Under the pieces are notes generated by a model. It saw nothing but the letters and a program-made list of their open reading frames with translations, searched no databases and was not told where the DNA came from. The translations under genes were made by a program, and so were the position numbers. A stretch of 64,000 bases of DNA from Alphaproteobacteria bacterium (lineage in GTDB: Bacteria > Pseudomonadota > Alphaproteobacteria > UBA828), in contig CBDCRW010000007.1 in the NCBI GenBank assembly GCA_965221125.1, positions 288,001-352,000 of the forward strand, given 5' to 3'. Positions 58,232 to 64,000 of the stretch are shown in pieces (the first letter of the stretch is position 1; each line of letters begins with the position of its first letter).

Positions 58232-59401
58232 ATGTCCTACGATCCTAGAGCTGCAACCGGAATCCCCACCGAGCCCGTGGGCTCGCTGCCCAGGCCGTCC
58301 AAGCTGCAGGCCGCCTATGCGGCCTACGACGCGGGCGATATTTCCAAGGCCGACCTGGAGGCCGAGCAGGAAGAGGCCGTTCACGATTCGATCACGCGCA
58401 TGGAGGCGACCGGTTCGCCCATCGTCTCCGACGGCGAGCAGCGCTGGTCCAGCTTCGCCACCTATCCCATCACCGACACGCTGGCGGGCACCGGCCTTGC
58501 CGACCACCTCGCGGGCGGCGGCCAGTACTTCGCCATCTTCGCGGACGGCCACCACCGCCAGCTTCCCCGGCTCACCGGCGGCCCCTTCCGCTACAAGAGC
58601 TTTGCCTCAGATTCGCTCGAGCTTTCGATCAAGTCCGCGACCAAGCCGATGAAGCAGGCGGTGATCGCGCCCTCGATGCTGGCGCTGCTCTATCCCTTGG
58701 ACGAGGAGATCGAGGGCTACTCGCGCGAGGCCTTCGAGGCCGACCTGATCGACGAGTGCGAGAAGGACGTGCGCCAGGCCTTCGCGGCCGGCGCGGTGCG
58801 CGTCTCCATCGACTTCACCGAGGGCCGGCTCTCCTGCCGCAACGATTCGCGCAACCCGTGGACCGGGCGCCAGATGCTTCCCCACTTCATCGCTCTCATC
58901 AACGGCGTGCTCGACCGCTTCACGGCGGAGGAGCGGGTGAACATCGGCATTCACACCTGCCCCGGCGGCGACTGCGACTCCGTGCACAGCGCCGACGTGC
59001 CCTACAACGACCTGCTGCCGAGCATGTTCCAGCTCAACGCCGGCTACTTCATGATCCAGTTCAAGAGCGAGCGGAACCAGGAGCAGGTCTACAAGGACAT
59101 CGCGGCGAGCATCCGCACCGACGCCAACGGCGTCACGCAGATGGCCTACATCGGCGTCATCAACCCGCAGAACCCGCGGGTAGAATCGCCGGAGGAGGTG
59201 TGCGAGCAGCTCGTCGCCGCGGCCAACCACCTGCCGAAGGAGCAGATCGCGTCGACCGACGACTGCGGCTTCTCGCCCTTCAGCATCGACGTGAAGCCGA
59301 ACCACGGCTCGCCGGACTACGCCCGCGACGTGGCCTTCCAGAAGATCGAGTCCCGCATCAAGGGGACGCAGATGGCGGCCGAGAAGCTCGGCATCCACTG
59401 A
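58232..59401 (+). CDS. Cobalamin-independent methionine synthase II family (MetE C-terminal-like) protein
   Basis: [33 protein letters not shown] (Zn ligands). Confidence 0.85.
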   Translation: MSYDPRAATGIPTEPVGSLPRPSKLQAAYAAYDAGDISKADLEAEQEEAVHDSITRMEATGSPIVSDGEQRWSSFATYPITDTLAGTGLADHLAGGGQYFAIFADGHHRQLPRLTGGPFRYKSFASDSLELSIKSATKPMKQAVIAPSMLALLYPLDEEIEGYSREAFEADLIDECEKDVRQAFAAGAVRVSIDFTEGRLSCRNDSRNPWTGRQMLPHFIALINGVLDRFTAEERVNIGIHTCPGGDCDSVHSADVPYNDLLPSMFQLNAGYFMIQFKSERNQEQVYKDIAASIRTDANGVTQMAYIGVINPQNPRVESPEEVCEQLVAAANHLPKEQIASTDDCGFSPFSIDVKPNHGSPDYARDVAFQKIESRIKGTQMAAEKLGIH

Positions 59402-59480
59402 GCGACGCAGCGGCGTGCGGCCGGCTCATGGCGGGCCGGCCGCGCGTTTCTCTCAAGGCCGCCCTCCGGCGAGGGTTTCC

Positions 59481-59648
59481 GTGACGCGCTACCAGTGCCG
59501 CTGGTGCGGCTACGTCTACGACCCGGCCAGGGGCGAGGCGCAGCGGAACACGCCGCCGGGCACGGCCTTCGAGGACCTGCCGGACGACTGGTGCTGCCCC
59601 GACTGCCGCGCGCCCACCGCCGACTTCGATCCCGTGGAAGAGGGCTAG
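59481..59648 (+). CDS. Rubredoxin
   Basis: [13 protein letters not shown]...[17 protein letters not shown]. Confidence 0.92.
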   Translation: MTRYQCRWCGYVYDPARGEAQRNTPPGTAFEDLPDDWCCPDCRAPTADFDPVEEG

Positions 59649-59723
59649 GCGCCATCCGACCGGATGGAATCGTTCGCGGTTGCCGCAGGGTCACGCCCTC
59701 ACACGCCGCGCGGTCAGAAGAAT

Positions 59724-59836
59724 CCCCCATCTCACCCCGACCCTCTCCGCCCCCAGGGGCGGAGAGGGGGGACTCCGCCATCGGGGTCAGCGTTCCCCCT
59801 CCGCCCTCCGGGGGGAGGGGGACAGGGGGAGGTGGG
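59724..59836. repeat. Composite palindromic REP-like element, copy 2
   Basis: Same architecture and orientation as 57909-58025: CTCACCCCG.CCCTCTCC...GGAGAGGG...CGTTCCCCCTC...GGGACAGGGGGAGGTGGG. Confidence 0.85.
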
Positions 59837-59931
59837 AACGCTCCGTCCGCGGTGATCTCGTAAGGTAGGAATTCGCTCTAGGTCATGGGCGGAACCGGCG
59901 TGGCTCCCGAAGAGGCGGGCCGGCGGGCCGC

Positions 59932-60741
59932 TTACTCCGCCTCGACCACCAGGCGCTGGGCGAAGGCGTCGCCGTTGTCGAAGCCGCCGAAGAGCGCGAT
60001 CTCGTCTTCCGGCGGCGGCTCGCAGGACCACATCCGGCTCGGCACCCAGCCGCACTGGCGCTTGAGGTTGGCGGCGTACTCGGCCCGCTTCATCGCCGCG
60101 ATGGAAGGGTCGATGACGGGTACGCCGACGGCCTTCTCGACCTCGCGGTAGAAGCCGATCTCCAGCGTGCAGCCGAGGATGAGGGCTTCGGCGTAGTCCT
60201 CGTCGACGGCCTTACGCCCGGCCGCGACCAGGCGGCGCTCGGTCTCCGCGTGGTCGGTCTGGAAGTCGTTCACGCCGAGCTCCACGTGGTAAAAGCCCGA
60301 GAGTCGTTCGCCGTAGCCGTGCTCGCGGGCGACCGCGTTCATCTGGTTCACCCACTTGCGCCGGCCGACGATGATGCCGAAGCGGTTGGCGAGGCTGGCC
60401 GCGATCTCGCACGAGGCGAGGCAGGGCGCGGTCACCACCATCTCGCCGGAAATCTCGCGCGCATCGTGCAGCCCCGTGTCGTAGAAGCAGCCGATGGCGA
60501 GTGCATCAAAACCCTCGCGCGCCGCCTGGCGGGTCGCCTGGATGATGCCGCGCGAGACGATGGTCTCGTAGGCGCGGTACTCGATGTGGGTGAAGCTCCC
60601 GCCGGGATCGGCAAGGCAGGTGATGTGCACCTCGGTGCCCGGCAGCTTGTAGCTGCGCGCCATCTCGGCGAAGACGGCATCGTAGGCGTCGGTGCCGACC
60701 GGGTTGAGGTACATGAGCTTGAGGGGGGCGTTGGCCTTCAT
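59932..60741 (-). CDS. Asp/Glu/hydantoin racemase family protein
   Basis: LNPV, IGCFYDTG, ILGCT, VPVIDP. Confidence 0.88.
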   Translation of the reverse strand: MKANAPLKLMYLNPVGTDAYDAVFAEMARSYKLPGTEVHITCLADPGGSFTHIEYRAYETIVSRGIIQATRQAAREGFDALAIGCFYDTGLHDAREISGEMVVTAPCLASCEIAASLANRFGIIVGRRKWVNQMNAVAREHGYGERLSGFYHVELGVNDFQTDHAETERRLVAAGRKAVDEDYAEALILGCTLEIGFYREVEKAVGVPVIDPSIAAMKRAEYAANLKRQCGWVPSRMWSCEPPPEDEIALFGGFDNGDAFAQRLVVEAE

Positions 60742-62426
60742 GCGGTCCTCCCGTCGTCAGAATCGATTGATACGCCATAGACCTCGCGCGCGCGCTCGGC
60801 GCTGATGAGGCCGTTGCTCACGTCGCGGCGCACGCGTTCGGGGTCGCGCTTCTTCGGATCGCCGAAGCCGCCGCCGTTGCCGGTGACGACGCGGATCACG
60901 TCGTCCCGCTGCGTCTTGAGGCCGGAGACGAAGGCGAAGCGCTGGCGCTCGCCCTCGCGCGGGATGAAGTCCACGTAGTTGGGCGAGCCTTCGTTGCCGC
61001 CGTCGAGCGCCCAGGCGGGGAACTTCGAGCGCGTGTAGCCCATGGTGAGGAAGCCGTCGTCGGCGCGCACGCGGTAGTCCATGACGATGCCGCGCCCGCC
61101 GGTGAACTCGCCCTCGCCGCCGGGCTCGACGTTGAGCGCCATCTGGTCGACGTAGAGCCCGTTGCGCGCCTCGTTGACCTCGGCCGGGCAGTTGAAGGTC
61201 TCGCCGTGGAAGCCGCAGAACATGGCGTTGTTCCCGTCCATCCCCTCGCGGCCGCCCCAGCCGCCGAGCTGCGGCTCGATGATGGTGTACTGGCGGCCGG
61301 TGTCGGGGTGGATGCCGCCGATGAAGGTGCCGCACACCGAGGCGAAGTGCCCGGCCGCGAGTTTCTCCGGCATGTGCTGGGCGAGGCAGCGCCACATGAT
61401 GTCGTACACGCGGAGGTCGATCTCGTAATAGAAGCCGATGGGCGCGGGTTCCTCGGCATGGAACACGGAGCCCTCACGCGTCAGCAGGCGGATCGGGCGG
61501 AAGGAGCCCGCGTTGCACGGCGAATAGGGGTCGGTCAGCGACTTGAAGATCATCTGCGCCGCGACCATCACGCCGTCCCGGCTGGTGTTGACCGGGTTGG
61601 TCGCCTGGTCCGGGTTGTCGCGCAGGTCGACGACGAACTCGTCGTCCGCGATGGTGATGGTGACGTTGAAGACCTGGCCGTCGTCCTGCTCCTCGGCGAG
61701 CGTGAAGGTGCCCTTCGGCAGCGTCTTCAGCGCCGAGCGCGAGACCCGCTCGCCGTAGTCCATGAACGAGGTCATCGCCTGCTCGAACGTGGCGGCGCCG
61801 TATTTTTCCGCGATCTCCACCAGCCGCGCGGTGCCGATGCGGACGGAGGCGATGGCGGCCCAGACGTCGCCTTCGAGCACGTCCGGCATGCGCGAGTTGA
61901 CCTTGATGATCTCCATGACCGGCTGGATCGGCGCGCCGCGCGAGATCATCTTGACGGCGGGGAGCCTCAGCCCCTCCTGAAAGATCTCCGTCGCCTCGCC
62001 GGTGAGCGAGCCCGGCGCCATGCCGCCCACGTCCGAGTTGTGCGCGATGTTCGCGGTCCAGGCGATGATGCGGCCCTCGGCGAAGACCGGCATGACGACG
62101 ACGATGTCGTTCAGGTGCGTGACGCCGCCGTAGTAGGGGTCGTTGGTGACGAAGACGTCGCCGGGCTCCACCGCGCCGGGCTCGTCGAACTTCTCGACGA
62201 TCACCGTCACCGCCTTGTCGAGCACGCCGACGAAGGCGGGGATGCCGGCGCCGGAACAGGCGATCTCGCCCTTGGCATCGGTGATCCCGGTGCCCATGTC
62301 GAGCACCTCGTAGATGATCGAGCTCATCGCCGTCTTCTTCATGGCGGCGAACATCTCGTCGGCCGCGCTCTGCAGCGAGTTCTGGATGATCTCCAGGGTG
62401 ATCGGGTCGTTGGTCAGTGTCGTCAT
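60738..62426 (-). CDS. Hydantoinase B/oxoprolinase family protein
   Basis: TNDPYYGGVTHLND, AHNSDVGG..PGS, EIFQEGL, GGGGFGDP. Confidence 0.92.
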   Translation of the reverse strand: MTTLTNDPITLEIIQNSLQSAADEMFAAMKKTAMSSIIYEVLDMGTGITDAKGEIACSGAGIPAFVGVLDKAVTVIVEKFDEPGAVEPGDVFVTNDPYYGGVTHLNDIVVVMPVFAEGRIIAWTANIAHNSDVGGMAPGSLTGEATEIFQEGLRLPAVKMISRGAPIQPVMEIIKVNSRMPDVLEGDVWAAIASVRIGTARLVEIAEKYGAATFEQAMTSFMDYGERVSRSALKTLPKGTFTLAEEQDDGQVFNVTITIADDEFVVDLRDNPDQATNPVNTSRDGVMVAAQMIFKSLTDPYSPCNAGSFRPIRLLTREGSVFHAEEPAPIGFYYEIDLRVYDIMWRCLAQHMPEKLAAGHFASVCGTFIGGIHPDTGRQYTIIEPQLGGWGGREGMDGNNAMFCGFHGETFNCPAEVNEARNGLYVDQMALNVEPGGEGEFTGGRGIVMDYRVRADDGFLTMGYTRSKFPAWALDGGNEGSPNYVDFIPREGERQRFAFVSGLKTQRDDVIRVVTGNGGGFGDPKKRDPERVRRDVSNGLISAERAREVYGVSIDSDDGRTA

Positions 62427-62445
62427 GGTGCTGCCGCCTGCTCGC

Positions 62446-64000
62446 TCAGTTGCGGATATGAATGCGGATATTTCCGAAGTCGTCCACCTCGGCGTGGCTG
62501 CCGGGGTGGACCACGACCGTGGTGCCGGGGTCTTCCACGATGGCCGGGCCGTCGAAGCCCATGCCGGGCTCCAGCCGCTCGCCGTCGTAGATCGCCGCCT
62601 CGTGCAGGCCTTCGAGCGCGTAGTCGACCGGGCGCGCGCCCTTCCGCGCGTCCGCCAGCGCGCGGCCCGTGGTCTCGCGGCGGGTCATGGTGAGCTTGCC
62701 GATGTCGACCGTGGCGACGACGTGGAGGCCCACCATCTCCACAGGCGCGTCCAGCCGATACGTGTACTCGCGCTCGTAGGTCTCGTGGAAGGCGGCCTCG
62801 ATGGCGGCGACGCCGTCGGCCGTGATCGGCCCTCCCTCCAGCGGCACCTCCGTGGTGTGCTCCTGGTTCTGGTAGCGGAACTTGCCGAGGCGCACCAGCT
62901 TGACCGCCGACGCCGCGATGCCCTCGGCCGCGAAGCGGCTCCGCGCGCGCTCCTCCGCCTCGCCGAACGCGCCCTCGATGGCGGACGCGTTCTCAGGCCT
63001 GAGATCGACGAGCAGCGTCACCACGTCGTCGCGCCGCAGGTCCGACATCATCATGCCCCAGGCGGAGAACACCGAGGCATCGGCCGGCACCACCACCTTG
63101 GTGACGCCCAGCTCCTGCGCGAGCGCCACCGCGTGCATCGCGCCGCCGCCGCCGAAGGCGATCAACGTGAAGTCGCGCGGGTCGAAGCCTCGGTTGACCG
63201 AGACCAGCTTGAGCGCGTTCACCATGTTGTTGTTGGCGATGCGGACGATGCCGCGGGCGGCCTCGTCGGCGTCGACGCCGAGCCGCGCGCCGACCGCCTC
63301 GATGGCCTTCGCCACCGCGTCCATGTCGGCGTCGACCGTGCCGCCGCAGAAATAGTCGCGGTTGATGCGGCCGAGCCAGAGGTTGGCGTCGGTCGTGGTG
63401 GCCTCGGTGCCGCCCCGCCCGTAGGCCGCAGGGCCCGGCGCGGCGCCGGCGGAGCGCGGCCCCACGCGCAGCTTGCCGAAGTCGTCGACCCAGGCGATGG
63501 AGCCGCCGCCGTTGCCGATCTCCACAAGGTCGACGACGGGGACCATGATGGGATAGCCGGCGGTGGCGCGGCTCCGCCCGATCCAGTAGTCGGTCTTGAT
63601 CCTGACGTCCGCGTCCTCGATCAGCGAGCACTTGGCGGTGGTGCCGCCGATATCCAGGGCCAGCACGTTGGGCTCGCCAATCAGCCGCCCCAGCTCGGCC
63701 GCGCCCCAGACGCCGGACGCCGGCCCCGATTCCACCATCGTGATCGGGATGCGCGAGACCGTGTCCACTGAATCGACGCCGCAGTTGGACTGCATGATGT
63801 AGAGGCCGCCGCCAAAACCCTGCTCGGCGAGGCCGGCGTCGAGGCGCTGCAGGTAGCGCTCCGCCACCGGCTGCACGTAGGCCGAGAGCACGGCGGTGCT
63901 GGTGCGCTCGTACTCGCGCCACTCGCGCGTGATCTGGTGCGAGGAGATGGCCGAGACCTCGGGCCAGAGGCGGGCCAGCTCCGCCAGCGCGCGCTCCTCG
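62446..64000 (-). CDS. Hydantoinase A/oxoprolinase family protein (5' end outside window)
   Basis: REYERTSTAV, ESGPASG, DIGGTT, IGNGGGSIA, GPRSAGA.PGP..YGRGG, AFGGGG. Confidence 0.92.
   Translation of the reverse strand, partial: EERALAELARLWPEVSAISSHQITREWREYERTSTAVLSAYVQPVAERYLQRLDAGLAEQGFGGGLYIMQSNCGVDSVDTVSRIPITMVESGPASGVWGAAELGRLIGEPNVLALDIGGTTAKCSLIEDADVRIKTDYWIGRSRATAGYPIMVPVVDLVEIGNGGGSIAWVDDFGKLRVGPRSAGAAPGPAAYGRGGTEATTTDANLWLGRINRDYFCGGTVDADMDAVAKAIEAVGARLGVDADEAARGIVRIANNNMVNALKLVSVNRGFDPRDFTLIAFGGGGAMHAVALAQELGVTKVVVPADASVFSAWGMMMSDLRRDDVVTLLVDLRPENASAIEGAFGEAEERARSRFAAEGIAASAVKLVRLGKFRYQNQEHTTEVPLEGGPITADGVAAIEAAFHETYEREYTYRLDAPVEMVGLHVVATVDIGKLTMTRRETTGRALADARKGARPVDYALEGLHEAAIYDGERLEPGMGFDGPAIVEDPGTTVVVHPGSHAEVDDFGNIRIHIRN

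Noticed and set aside
20073-64000. Numerous long Arg/Pro/Ala-rich alternative-frame ORFs
   Set aside because: Expected shadows in very GC-rich DNA, overlapping well-supported genes.

Overview
High-GC bacterial chromosomal window; the gene content suggests an alphaproteobacterium-like, possibly host/invertebrate-associated organism (inference only). It has two parts. (1) About 1-20,070 is a mosaic accessory island. It contains an ankyrin/peptidoglycan-binding/FGE-sulfatase gene split by a DUF4338-fused ISAs1-family element with a 10-bp target duplication, and two paralogous secreted DUF4189 + peptidoglycan-binding proteins with unrelated C-termini. It also holds several small exported proteins with similar leaders (one Trypco2-like), a CxxC-repeat fragment, IS1595/IS110/IS630/other transposase relics, a small element with a dif/lox-like core site, a Cre-like recombinase and a SprT-like protease, and two tandem intact tyrosine integrases at the right border. 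(2) About 20,085-64,000 is mostly core metabolism: OYE-type flavoprotein, PPK2/PAP, aminotransferase-GlpC-GMC cluster, a voltage-gated channel with a TLEDWTD filter, a Cache-domain autotransporter, an Mrp/Mnh antiporter operon, Cox/Xdh molybdoenzyme maturation genes, phnW, pyc, amidase, MetE-like protein, rubredoxin and a hydantoinase operon. A lone Mu-like terminase - RTX protein - truncated portal island interrupts this part. No rRNA, tRNA or CRISPR array was recognised. All family assignments come from motif recognition by eye, not database searches.
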